A stretch of DNA of 64,000 bases from Camelus ferus. Lineage: Eukaryota. Positions within the stretch are counted from its first letter, which is position 1. Every line of letters begins with the position of its first letter. Positions 37,500-50,220 of this stretch are shown piece after piece. The stretch spans positions 27,964,001 through 28,028,000 of the forward strand of contig NC_045696.1 of assembly GCF_009834535.1 (NCBI RefSeq). The letters are read 5' to 3'. The notes under the pieces were generated by a model, which worked only from the letters and a program-made list of their open reading frames with translations, was not told where the DNA came from and made no database searches. The position numbers were made by a program, and so were the translations under genes.

Positions 37500-38900
37500 C
37501 ATATCACTTAAAAGTCACAAAAATAGGATCCTTTAGATAAAAATTTCTCTTTAGCTTAAGTGAAGTTTTATATATATATTTTAAAAAACAGAATAACAAA
37601 AAGACCATTAAGAAAACATATACTAAAAAAAGAACTAGAGAAAGAAGGAAGGAAGGTAGGGAGGACATATTTCAAGACAAAATAAGAGAATTAAAAGTGA
37701 GATGACACAGTTTGAAGAAAAAACTAAGGACAAACAGCCACACTTAAAGGGAAAGAAGAGGAGATGGAAGAGGAGGAGGGGAAGAAAGAAGGAAAAGGAG
37801 AAAAACACAACCTACCACAGATTTGGGGTACTCAGGCATGAGGAATTCATACAAAACAAAACAAAAGAGAGCAAAGCTGTACTATTACACGTAACAGTGG
37901 AGTCATACGATGCACTTTCGACCTTCATTGGGTTAGTTTTCATAAAGAAGTGTACAAAAATAAAAAGGAGCAGAAAATAATTCAAAAACATAACAGGCAA
38001 AGTATAAACTTTGATTAAATGAGTATTTGAAGCTACACATTGAAAGGAAACAGTTATTCCAGGAAAAAGGTATATGAAACGATCGCTTTGTGGGTTTTGC
38101 CCACAGATACCCTCATAGCTGATTCATTCCCGTGTCTCCTAACAGCAAGGCAGCACTAATGACCCTACTTCAAATGGCATCACCACTAACACCTGGTCCA
38201 TGATTCTGCACCTTGTTTTACATATCTTTTTTTCCTGAAGCACTGAATGATCACTGTTTGACATGGGATGGATAGATAGATAGACAGACAAATAAATAGA
38301 TATTTGTTTATTGCCTCTCTCCCCAGTTAGAATGTGTGCTCCAAGAAGGGAGTCTTTTTTAACCCCACTGTATTCCCAGCGACTACACTGAAACATCAAA
38401 GCTATTAGATGTTTATTGAGCAAATAAATTAAATTTAATATTTTTAATATATAAAGAATCATATAGTAATATGGACAAAAAGGAGCTGATCAGGTTCAAG
38501 AGAGAAAATCTTATTGATCTGAGTTTTCCAGAGTAACACACTTGCTTAAAGACAGAGGAGAAAGGAAATACTTATTCAAAGTGTACCCTGACAACTGAAT
38601 TCTAAATATAAAGATAATAGGAATTCACAAGAATGCTTGGGGAATACATGATTCTTTCTTCTTGAAAAAAATATTTTAGAAGATATCAAGAAGGTCAAGA
38701 ATTAAACATTTCAAAAGTGAAATTCTGGTAAAGAATGGGCATGATCTATTTAAATTCAAATATAAGGCTAAACGACCATGTGAATTCTGGTCACTGAATG
38801 AAAAGGGAATGTTACAAACTTTGAAACTATGAAAATCTTAATAAAATTAAGGATAATTAAGATATGGGGAGGAATGGCTGTGTGCAAGGGTCCTAATTTC
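37500..38900 (+). mobile_element. Possible ancient L1/HAL1 ORF1 relic, interrupted by an L2 3' end (~38130-38430)
   Basis: A-rich tract; ctacacattgaaaggaaacagttattccaggaaaa resembles the L1 ORF1 'IERAHR-PGK' coding region. The L2 tail (gtttattgcctctctccccagttagaatgtgtgctcc...cactgtattcccagc) is clearer than the L1 call. Confidence 0.35.
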
Positions 38901-39021
38901 TATCATTCATTGCTGGGAACAGATACTATTTAAATTTGAAATATGAGGCCAAAATAATTCAATTTTTAAAAGTTTTTAAAATAATCTTTTCTTAATTTTA
39001 GAAGTATCACTGGGAACTGAA

Positions 39022-39024
39022 TAT

Positions 39025-39071
<47 letters not shown>

Positions 39072-39072
39072 T
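39022..39072. repeat. (TATT)n tetranucleotide microsatellite
   Basis: Perfect run of about 12 units. Confidence 0.95.
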
Positions 39073-40347
39073 ATGCTTATGTATCTCAGTATATACATCT
39101 CTTTATTTTTCTAATTATCTATATTATTAACAAAAATGCCTCCATTGTCTCACCTATGAAATGAAAAAAATTGGACTCACTGCATAGGGAAGTAGAAGAA
39201 TTAAATAATTTATGCACACTTAAGGACTTAAAACCCGGTCCAGCTATCTATTTGTATAATATGCATGTTAAAGATGATAGTTTGTCAGGGGGGATGATTT
39301 GATAAGAGTGAAAATAAATCTTTGCTGCTTAATTTTTTAATACAATGGGCACCTCTTATTTTTATGAGTGTAAAGATAGTCTTTAAATATGTTATTACCA
39401 AACAAGAAATATGGGGAAAGTATTACTATTTTATTGCAGTAGGTGACAAACATCTATTCCTATATGTCTGCAATAGAGTTTTAAAATACATTATCCTGTG
39501 TATATGCTTTTTATACATTTTTTTGTTTCTAAATACGACTCTGTTAAAACCCATGCAATCATTTTCCAAAGCTGGTTCTGTGCCTCCTCCCTTTCCCCTT
39601 CTTTCAATGTTGCTTTGATCTCTCCTACAGAAAACATATGTGGAAACAAAAGCATTGTGCTCTTTCTAATATCGGTGTCTTAGTGACAACCATCTATATT
39701 TAGAGATACTTTTGTAAATTTTAGTGGGTAGGTGGAGAAATAGGGGATTGAAGAGGACAGGCTGTAAGCAGAGTGCTGTTGGGGAAAACTTATAAAACAT
39801 GGCGATCCTCTCAGCTTTAAGCAGATTCCTTCTCAGCAAGGATCACGAAGTAGTACACTGACATACCATTCAACCGGCCTTCCTACTCATGGTTAAAATA
39901 ATCCCCCAGGATGTATAATGAGCAAATGCTTTTATTTCTTCAAAATTGAATTTCAAATTTATGATCAGTATCTCCTACAGGTTTTACTTCATTTTTCTTT
40001 AAACTAGAATTGTTTATATGTATTTACAATCTAAAACACATATGACATTAAATGCCTCACCACATGAACTCATTACATATAAAATAATGCCTTTTTTATT
40101 TGGTATTTATTCTAGTAATTATGGTAACTGAAAAGTGTTGATTATAGCTAATTAAAATCAGATGGAGTAACACCCATACAACTATCTTTATAAATAAGAT
40201 AGTATTCACTCAGACCACATGTGCATCATAAAGATAACAATTAATACTGAATGATGCTAAATATTAAATCAATGACATTTCTCTATGATGAATAAAACTG
40301 GTTATGTTTCCCTTTGAAACTACAAATGGACAAAAATCTTGGTACAT

Positions 40348-40364
40348 GTTGCCCTCTAGTGGAA
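40348..40364 (-). promoter_or_regulatory. CTCF core motif
   Basis: The minus strand reads TTCCACTAGAGGGCAAC, matching CCASYAGRKGGCR. Confidence 0.55.
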
Positions 40365-42429
40365 TTTTAAAAATAGGCAGGTATTTTATTTTGGTACCTT
40401 TTCAATATCTGCAATACAAAAGTTACTAACACAGATGCTTTTAAAGACAAATTAACTTATTTCTGTAAAAATGGTAAGTACTATAAAAATAATTTTCCAT
40501 TATTTTTGAAGTTGATAGGTTTTACTTTTAAAAATCAAGAATTGTAAAAGAAAAAAAAAAGTCTCTTCTAGTTATTAAATACCAAGAGAGTGTGATTCAT
40601 GTAAAATGGTAGGTAGAAATAGAGAACTCAGGTAAAATATTTTATTTTCTAAGGATCTTTGTCAAGAAATGTTATCCAAGTGCCTCTGTAAAACTACCAT
40701 CAAAAACTTCTCTCTCTACAACTAGAATGACTAAAACTGTATTTTACTTTCTTGGTGGAAAGCAATAATTTGAAAAGCCCATAATATTAACAAATAACAA
40801 GTAAGAAATAGTGTTCACTGAAATGTGAAAAAATAATTTACAGAAGCATTTGTGTTACCTTTTGATTTTCTTGCAAAGACAATATTTTACTCTGCTCTGC
40901 TTCTGCTAAATTTTTTTTAGTTTATAACTTTAATACATATAGATAGATACATTTTTCTTATTTACATTCTAGTTTGGAAGAAGTAAGTGTACCATGTATA
41001 TAAAATATATTCTATTTATAATAAAAATGTAAAACTATGTTATCATAAATCCATCATTTTACATCACTACTTGGTCCCTACTTCAACTTTGCTGTTGCTT
41101 ATCTTTTATAATACATAATTTAAGTTCAAGTGTATTTAGAATAAGAGAATCTTATTTAAGTACTTGTGCAGACTCCCTTTCCCTAAAAAATAGTTTTAAG
41201 ATATGGTACCACAGTTAATTGTAGAGACAGGAAGACTTGTGGTTCCACTTACCCTGTGAAAAATTATGTAACAAATATTACTCAATTATATTTCTTGTTT
41301 ACTTATTAACAAATACCCCCATTCCAAAACCAATCTCTAAAAGTAATTTAAGCTAGTGAAAACATAATTATATCAAGAAATTATAAAGTAATTAAAAATA
41401 GCCCTGGGTTATTTAAAGAATGATAACTGCAGCTCAAATTAAAGTTAAAAATGAGCTATAATAATTCATTAAAAAAATCTTTCCAATCTGTAGGTCATTT
41501 TTTTCTCTTTTAAATTATATTTATGTTCATTTCATTTCATTTCATATTTTAATATTACAGTCTATTTATTATGGATTAAATATATATAACCTTTCTCTTT
41601 ACTCAATTTATGTTTAAAAACAATGACTATAAGCAAATAACTAAACATAGATATTATTAGAATTTTTAAAAAAAATAAAGTATCAATAAAATAAGGAAAC
41701 AAATGGTTTTATGTTAGTGTGAGCTTTGTCATGGAACATGTCACATACTTGCACGAGGTACCAAAGATCGCTTTTGGTGGCACTGGCAAGTTTTCATTTG
41801 TCCTCAGTGAGTGCCACTTACTGCTCCTCTCATTTTCTACTTAGTTGGCTGCAGTGAAAGTCCTGCTTCTGAAAGACCCTGACCACACTTTCCCCCTTCC
41901 ACGGTCCCCTGGACTCCATATCATCCTCCCCACTGAAATCTGATGTGATTCCTTGTCACAAATGTGAATTAAAGTTCTATTATTAATACAAAGTGGCCTT
42001 TAGAAAACATTTGTTTAAATAATCAGTTTTTAAAGTGGGGAGGGCAGGAAGGGATGGTATTAATGGGTCTGCATTCAAATAAGACTGAGAAACCCTAAGT
42101 GCTTACCCATAGTTTTCTGCTTATGGGCTAGTCTATGATCGATTTCAAAGTCGTATGTATTTTAGCAAGGGGGGCCCTAGAGGGGGGCCCCTGAATGGGG
42201 CTCTAAAGGGACATTTCAAGAGATCATGTCAATCAGCCATGTAATATTGGTACATTCAGAACATAATCTGAGTGTGTCTCCTCTCTTCTTCCCTCTGCTC
42301 CCTTCCCTTCCCCTCTTTTCTCCTTCTGTCTCACCTTCCTCACCTCTCACCACCCAAGCACACACCTTAAATCATGACATACATCCTACTTTTGGCTGAC
42401 GAATTTTTGGAGACACCATGCCTCCAACG

Positions 42430-42629
42430 CAGGGTTTGGCGAACCACGGATGGCACAGCCCTTCCCCTCGTTTGGTGAACACATTTTATCGGAACACCGC
42501 CACGCTCTTTTGTTTATGTGTTGCCTGTGGCTGCATTCCTGTTGCAATGGTGGGGCTGAGAGGTTGTGACAGAGACGGTGCGGCTCACAAAGCTGCAAAG
42601 ATTTTACAGATAACATTTGCCCAGCTCTG
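42430..42629 (+). mobile_element. MER58A hAT-Charlie element
   Basis: Termini cagggtttggcgaac / tttgcccagctctg; internal ttttatcggaacaccgccacgc...gttgtgacagagac...cacaaagc. Confidence 0.85.
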
Positions 42630-44807
42630 CTCTAAAATATTTTTGTTTTCTCAGTCGGTCCATGAAGCTCTCCATTGATGACTTTTTCACTAACCCAGCA
42701 CAGTTTTAGAAATCCTGCCTTTCATCTTTCAGAACAGAGCAGGGCAGAAAGTCAATTCTTGGCATTGATGTTTTCTGAAGGAGTATGGAATAAAGTGCAG
42801 GTCTGATACCATGACCACTCAAGCAGATAATGCTGATGACTCTTAGAACTGAGTGTCTCCATGCCAACTGGTCCATTCTGTCAGCAGACAGACCAAATGA
42901 GGTGAAAGAGAAACAGTCAGCTGTGTTCGCTCCCTTGCTATCAGAACTTTGAGAATCAACTAGGAAAAAATGTTCACGCACCAGTCAAACTCAGTGAAAG
43001 GATTAGTTTTTTTTAGCCTAAACTCATTAAATTCTTTTTCATCTTGTTTTCAGGTTAGTCAGGCAAGAAGTATTCTTAATCCTACGGCAGCAGCTGTAAA
43101 AAAAAAAAAGTTGTTTTTTTTTTGCAAACCCAATCTCTATTTTTCTTAAGTTTCTTAACATATATGTTTTCAAGGCCATGTGACTTCCAGTTACTAATAA
43201 TGGTCATTATCAGTTTCGAGTATATTCAACAGTGTCCCTTTTCCCTTTAATTGAGTTTGGGAAATATGCACAGTTGTTTTAAATAACCATGACACACTAT
43301 ACTGACTTAAAAAGGTAAGGTTGGACAAAGCTATTTGAATCAGATAGCTCGAACTGTAACACACATCCCCTTCAGGAAAGTGTAGTCTTTTGCTTGCCTT
43401 ATTCGGAGTGAAACTACCAGCCAGGCTCAGGGGAATAAAGCATGATGCTGTCCAGTGATAGAGCAGCTCTCAGGAAACTCTTAGATCAATGGAGGCTGAG
43501 TGCCCCCAGGTAAGTTACTTCAACATGTCTTCAATCATCCCCTCTATAAATAACAAAATCCTAAGCGCCCTATGGTGGATGGGGTGTGTGTAAAGGGATG
43601 GGGATGATATACTCAGAGAAAGAAATGAGTGAAAAAGCAGCAACTCCCAGAGCCTGTTTATAACTTTGTATTTTCTCTGGGAAATCTGTTTCCAGTCTAT
43701 TGCAGAAAAGCATGATAAATGGAAGCATGTTTTTCCCATCGTATTTTAAAACAATGGCCATTGTCTGCATTTGTCTATTAAAAAGTCAGAAATTGTTACA
43801 ATTTATTCAACAAAGACTTCTTTCATTTGGGATAAACTTTGACAGAATAGCCATCTTATGGCTTGAGCAGGAGGTTTTATGTTCTTATTATGTAAATTTA
43901 CTAGCTTTACTTTCACAAGGCACAGAAGGAATTTGGTCATAAATGACAGAACTTCCAAGGTCTGGGCCCCCTTCGAGATCCTGTAAAACTGAGCTTTTTC
44001 ATAAAGCAGTATGTGATGATGCGCAAAAAGGTCTAAACTCAGGTCATACTCTTAATATCAAAGAATTAACAAAATTGATAACAATCACATTTGAAAATCT
44101 GTAAATCAAATTTTTATGTAGTATTATATTGGTATTGAACTGGTTATATTAATTCTAATGAGCATTTATATAAAAAAAACTTTCTATATATATCTTTGTT
44201 ATCTGTCCCTTGATTTTATGAGGTTAAAATACATTATCTGCAGGTCATAAACTTTTGTGGAAATATTTTTTTAATAAATATGTTGACAAAATGAGAAAAT
44301 ATTAGCAAAAATTCTGAGTGCAATACAAATGTATAAATATGTATTCATACTTTATTTAGAAACATAATTTGTATTGTAAAATGCCATTAAGATTTATTCC
44401 CTGATTATTTTTCCTGTAAAAAAAAGCATTAAATGTAGAACCTAAAGCCAAAGAAATTGTAAAAATGGGATTTAAAGCTATCTTTCTCTCAGCTTGAAAT
44501 TTGAAAAAAAAATACATGCAGAACAGTTGCATTTTCTAAAGAAGTTTGAATTAATCTGATGACTATTATGATAGATTATTATATTTCAGTATTGTTTCAG
44601 GAATTGAAGGACTGATCATTTGAACTGACACTGATCCCTTAATGGTCTGAGCGTATTGGAATGGACAATACACATTTCACATTTCATGTTGTCTTCCCTG
44701 CTTTCTGTTCAAAATTTTTTTCTTATTTCTGTTTGCCAGACAATATTCACAACTGGTATAATTTTACTAATAATACAAAATCTTTAATAAGAAAAAAATA
44801 GCAGTAG

Positions 44808-44882
44808 TTGTGTGTATGTGTGTGCATCTCTCTTTCTCTTTCTCGTGTGTGTGTGTGTGCGTGTGTGTGTGCATATGTGTGC
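44808..44882. repeat. Compound (TG)n/(TC)n microsatellite
   Basis: tgtgtgtatgtgtgtg...tctctctttctctttctc...gtgtgtgtgtgtgtgcgtgtgtgtgt. Confidence 0.85.
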
Positions 44883-45253
44883 AAGAGATGCCTGGTAAAG
44901 CCTTTGAAGTTTTGGTATAACTTTCTCTATTCAGTAAGACAAACTTATATAATTGTAATAGGACACACATTCCACTTTATAGCTCTTAAAATACTTTAAG
45001 GTGCTGAGTACCTCCCTATAATAACCTTTTAAATATTCAATTTTGTGAAAACTATCTTCTTATATTGAAATGAACTCCTGTGTAATCCATTGTTGAGGTG
45101 GAATTAGTGTGAATTTGCTGCATAAAGAGTCATCATTAATGAAAAAAATTAATCTCCAAAGACATTCTAATTTATTAAATTTCTTTCTATATATGATTCC
45201 TTTCTTTTTAATTGACTTTCTTGTTCCATTTGGATCCTTTTCAATCTCCTAGC

Positions 45254-45360
45254 AAAGAAGAAGAAGAAGAAACAGGAGAGAGAGAGGAGGAAGAGAAGGG
45301 GAGGAGAAGGAGAAAGAACAGAAGAAAGAGGAGGAGGAGGAGAAGAAAAAGGAAAGAGAG
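45254..45360. repeat. Polypurine (GAA/GAG) low-complexity tract
   Basis: 107 nt with only two pyrimidines. It explains the E/R-rich and P/S/F-rich ORFs. Confidence 0.9.
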
Positions 45361-45479
45361 TGAGAAAGCGAGGGGGTGGGGGCCTCATCTCAGCAGACAA
45401 AAATTGGTGGTTTGGTTTGGAGAGAAAAATGAAGGGGCTGCTTAATAACAAGAATAATTACTCTAGTTTAGAATAGTTT

Positions 45480-46420
45480 GCAATATCTTGTTCACCAACA
45501 GTCTATCTACTGGAGAAAAGGCATAAGGGGCAATGAAGATGAAGAGGAGGCAGAGATGATGCTGTCCACAGATTTACTCTCTAGGAAAGTGGCTCAAACA
45601 GGTAGACACCCGTGACATGGGAGAGATTGCTGTCAGTCACGTACACAGTGGTGGGTTTACAGAATGATGGGGTTACTTATGGTTGTGATTTTCAGATACA
45701 GTTGCAGAGAAGAGTCAGCATCTGAGATACATCTTGAAGGATGAGTATGGCAGGTAGGTCTGGGTAAGGGGGGTTGCAGGCCATAGGAACAGTGTGGTCA
45801 AGTGCACAAAGGGATGATCAGCGGCATCTGGAGAACAGTAACTGGCTCACGTAGGACAAGGTGGAAACTAGAGTAAGAGGGTTACTGACTGGAAACATTT
45901 AGAGAGAAGCTGGAAGAATGTCTTAGTGAGTGAACAAAGAATCAGGATTTTATTAAGACAAAAAGAGGGGTTGCAGAGGGCTTTGTTTTTATTATTAATG
46001 TCATTATTATCATTTGACTGTTCGTAATATGGCGAGTATGTTGAGATTCCATGATTAGATATTTGCTTTGCAAAACGAAAAGTCTTTCATGGCCATGAGG
46101 AGGAACTGAAATAGAAGAAGACTGGAGACAGTAATAGTAATTTAATTAAATATATGGATGACAAATAGTAAGACCTCTAACCAGCATGTAGGATGAGAAA
46201 AGAAGGTGGAACAGAAATGATCCTGAAGACAGAATAATCAGAATTTATCAGTAGATTGAAAGTAGAAACAAAGAAAATGGGTCAAATGCAGCCCACGAGA
46301 TGCCAACACTAAAGTTTCGGAGAAAAATAAGAAAATAATGAGAGGAAGCAATTTTAAGAAAGAATCAATGAGTTTGGTTTTGAATATGCTGAGTTTCAAG
46401 TGCTGTGAAGACATACACGC
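45480..46420 (-). mobile_element. L2 fragment
   Basis: tctgagatacatcttgaaggatgagta...aggaacagtgtggtcaagtgcaca...atgagtttggttttgaatatgctgagtttcaagtgctgtgaagacat. Confidence 0.65.
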
Positions 46421-47505
46421 AGCTCCTGAACTTTAGGTAAGTGAAAGCACAAAACTGGTGAGTAAAGAATTTGAATTTGTTATCCTTAACCACACAGCTA
46501 AGCCTCACACGTGATCAGTTCCAGAGTTCATGGAAGGTTAAAACAAGGCACTTCTGTGTCCGGTGTTGTACTCGGCGTTCTTATTTTATGCAGGATCACC
46601 TACATTCTGGGAGTGACAGTCATCCCATCAATCAGCTCATACTTCTAGAGCTTCTCTGGAGACCTGGTACTGTTTTACATAATGAGATGAAGGCTGGTGT
46701 TAGATCATCACCCCTGCAATACTACTTAGAGACCATTAACCCGTTTGTTAAAAATAAGAGTGAGTGACACGATGGTGCACAAAACTAAGACTACATCATT
46801 TGAAATCTAATATGACAGCTTGAAAGTGGACTCCTTGATGAAAATGTAGCTCAGAAGCAGCCACCTACCAAGGTGGCTACAGACTGAGAGCATGGCCGTG
46901 CCGGAGCCCCAGGCACACACAGTGCAGGCTTCTCTGCAGAGAGTGGTCTGGGGAGAGGACTGTGTAAAATTGTAGAGCATCATCTAAAATCTTCCAGTGG
47001 ACTTTGGGTTAGCAGCTGCAGAGATACATGTTTCAGTTCTAATTTAAGGAATTCTGGATGTATTTGGTCTCCAACTATTACGAATGCTACCCAGACGACT
47101 AGAAATCAAGGTGAGGAGGGATTTACTTGCTTATTTGTGCATTCACATTAGGAAATCATGATGCTGCAGGACAGGGTAGAGCAAAAGGCGATAAATTTGT
47201 AAGGAAGATTTTCAGAGCCATTCAACCATCTCTCCAATTGTGCATTCCTTGTATTTTGAAAATTAGAGGGATGGAAGAGTTTTTAGCTGACCTTTTAAAC
47301 ACTTTGTGTTTGTCACAGAGAAAAATTGGTCTCTGAACATTTTTAACTCTGTAAATCCATGTATAGCCACATGTTAGTTTCTTTGAAACAACATGGGTAT
47401 AATTCTATGGTGTAAGTGGGTAAGGTTATGGATTTACCAATTTTTAATTTTTTTAAGTAATAATTTTTAATAATATTGATGAAAGTACTTTACCAAAAGC
47501 CACAG

Positions 47506-47855
47506 TGCATGGGCTGAATTGTGTCCCTCCAAATCCATATGTTGAAGCCCTAACCCTCATTACCTCTGAATGTGACTGTATTTGGAGGTAACGTCTTTAA
47601 AGTAGTGCTTACATTAAAGTAAGGTCCTTTAGGAAGGGCTCTAATTCATATGACTGGTGTCCTTGTAAGAAGAGGAAATTAGCACACAGTCACACAGAGG
47701 AGACAGGCATGTAGAAATCAGGGAGGAAGAAGAAACCAACCCTATCAACACCTCGATCTTAGACGTCTGGTCTCCAGAGTTGTAAAAAATGAATTTCCCT
47801 GGTTAAACCACCCAATCTGTGGTACTTTATATGGCAGCCGTAGTAAACTGATATC
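47506..47855 (+). mobile_element. MaLR solo LTR, MLT1B-like
   Basis: atgggctgaattgtgtccctccaaatccatatgttgaagccctaaccc...gaatgtgactgtatttggag...tgactggtgtccttgtaagaagagg...ccacccaatctgtggtacttt...ggcagcc. Decayed TSD cacag/cacgt. Confidence 0.88.
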
Positions 47856-48914
47856 CACGTTAACAAAGCTGTATATAGCCTTTGAACTGTCATTGCTCAA
47901 GAGAACACAAACAGTCTGATCAACACTTTTATATTGTTTAAATAAAAGAAATTTCCACAAAAAATATAGGTCTTCATTATCCCAAATAAGAATTCTCAGA
48001 AAGTATCTTCTAATTAAAACTTGTGTTAGTATAACAAAAGAAAATGCAGTATCTAGTTCCAGTTTTCTAATTAATGCTAAGAAAAAAAAATCAAAGTTAT
48101 AAATAAAGCAGTTGGATTTCACTCATCAAAACGAGTACACTTGCATTTAGCATAGTTTTTGTTGGAGGCTGGTCAAGTGAATTACACAGATCCTCTCATT
48201 TTGTAAACAACCAGTGACTCATAATACATATGCTTTATTCGCATATAATAATTCAGCTTACTTTTATTAGAATCCAGAGTTTTCATTGAAGGAAGAAGCT
48301 GATAAAGCAAAGCATAAATGTCCTATAGCAGAGTTGAAAAGAATGCACATTTGAAGAAAAGAGTAATTTTTTTTTCTCAGGATACTTTTAGTAGCTTTAA
48401 CTATTTTTAATAATATGATAGAAATTCCTTAGCGAATGTAACATCTACATGTAGTGATACATAGCTAATTTATTACAAAAAGATAAAATGTTATTTTGAG
48501 GAGTTACTTCTATCATGAAATGAGAATTATCTTGAAGCAGTCACCTAGACTTGTCTTCTTCCTCTGAAAGAATTAGTCCAACATACCCTGTTATTATGGC
48601 TGGTTCTATTTTACTTTTTTTCCAGGAAGGCAGCCAAATTTCAGTAATTAACAGTATTTATGGCTGGATTAAATCTCACTTGCTGTAGTTTAAACACCTT
48701 TCCTTTTAAAGTTCTTGTTTATGTTCATCTTAAATGTGGTCTCTTGTTTACTTCAAAGCTAGTCTACAGACTGCATCCTACTTGAAGAAGCTTCTGGGGT
48801 TTGGTGCTTTTAGGAAACTCAGAATTTCAACATTCTGAAAGTTCATTCTCTGATTGGTCATGTACAGTATAATTCTAGGAATAATCTTGAATTTTCCACT
48901 ATTTCATCTTTTCC

Positions 48915-49060
48915 CCTTTATTGCATATACAAATTTGTAATTATATATTCATTTATGTGATTATTTGTTTCTCTTACATACCAGACTACACACATTTTCT
49001 TGCTTAACTTTGCCCAGCTCTTAGCACAAGCTGGACACATAACAAGCCCTGAGTACATCT
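48915..49060 (+). mobile_element. L2 3' tail
   Basis: atttgtaattatatattcatttatgtgattatttgttt...cccagctcttagcacaagctggacacata. Confidence 0.55.
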
Positions 49061-50084
49061 GGTTTCTGAACTACCAGTACTAGGTTGCAATGTTGAATAA
49101 ACTCTTCCTTGGTCTTAACCTCCCTCCATAAACCACATTAATGTATTTCTGTGAAAAACAGACTTGAACTGTGGCTATTTTGCTAATCTTGCTTATTGTT
49201 AATCATAAATCAGCTGATTTCCACTGTAGGGTGTACACCTTGAGGTCATAGTATTTTTCCCATTTATGGAATATTTACTATGTATCATGATACATGCATT
49301 GTGCAAAGATGTATTGTGACATAAAGCATCTGAGGTATGAACTATTACAATCCCTAATCAAAACAAAAAATAAACAAACAAAAAAGTATATTGATGCTCA
49401 GAAGGAATAGGTAATCTTTAAGATCATTCACGCAGGAAATGGGTACAAGATAGAAAATTAGGTCTGACCGTTTACATTCCTGAAATCAACAGCCAGATAC
49501 CCAGGTCTGAGTACCTGGTTATTTTGAACACCCTTTCCTCTTCCTTTCGTCTTTTGGATGAGTGAGTTGGAGGTTAAGTTCCTTTATGACTCCAGCCATC
49601 CATAGCCAATTGCAGTGATTAGATCATTCTCTTCTACGAAAAAAGTATCGCCCCTGATTTCCAAATCTCCCAAACAGAATCAAATAAACAGGGAGAAAGT
49701 AAAATCTGTGTAAATTCTGAAATGTCTGTGCAACAAAAGAAATTAAGCTCTTTATATCACACAAATGTGTGGGCAGACTCTGAAAAAGAGATGACGCCAA
49801 CGGATAGTATTTTTATGTGATCATGGCTAACGTGAACTGAAAAGTCCCACCAAGGTTTTATAAACTATGAAAAAAAAAAGAGATATTTATAAACTATCAA
49901 AAATCCCACCAAGGTTTTATAAACTATGGAAAAAAACTATATTGAAGTCAATTATGAGTCATCTCATATCCAAAATTTGTCTGTTTTGTGATTATGCCTT
50001 AACTTGAAAAATTAGAATACCTTCCATATTTATTTTAGTTTACCTATTTCAAGGGGGTTTGCCTATACTAATTAACTTTGTTCT

Positions 50085-50220
50085 CTAACCCATGAGGCAG
50101 CTGGATGCTCTGACCTTATTTTCAAAGATGGGGAAAAGAAGTTCTGAGAATCTTGGTGATTTGCCCAAGGTCCTTCATAATAAGGGGTAATTAAGTCTTC
50201 TGCTGCTAGAATTCTCTATG
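50085..50220 (-). mobile_element. MIR fragment
   Basis: aacccatgaggcag...attttcaaagatggggaaa...gtgatttgcccaaggtc. Confidence 0.6.

Noticed and set aside
44014..44110. C/D-box snoRNA starting at GTGATGA
   Set aside because: No CTGA D box at a suitable distance and no terminal stem.
45212..45445. Protamine-like or acidic/basic ORF (also the K/R-rich ORF at 37702-37980)
   Set aside because: These are translations of purine-rich low-complexity DNA.
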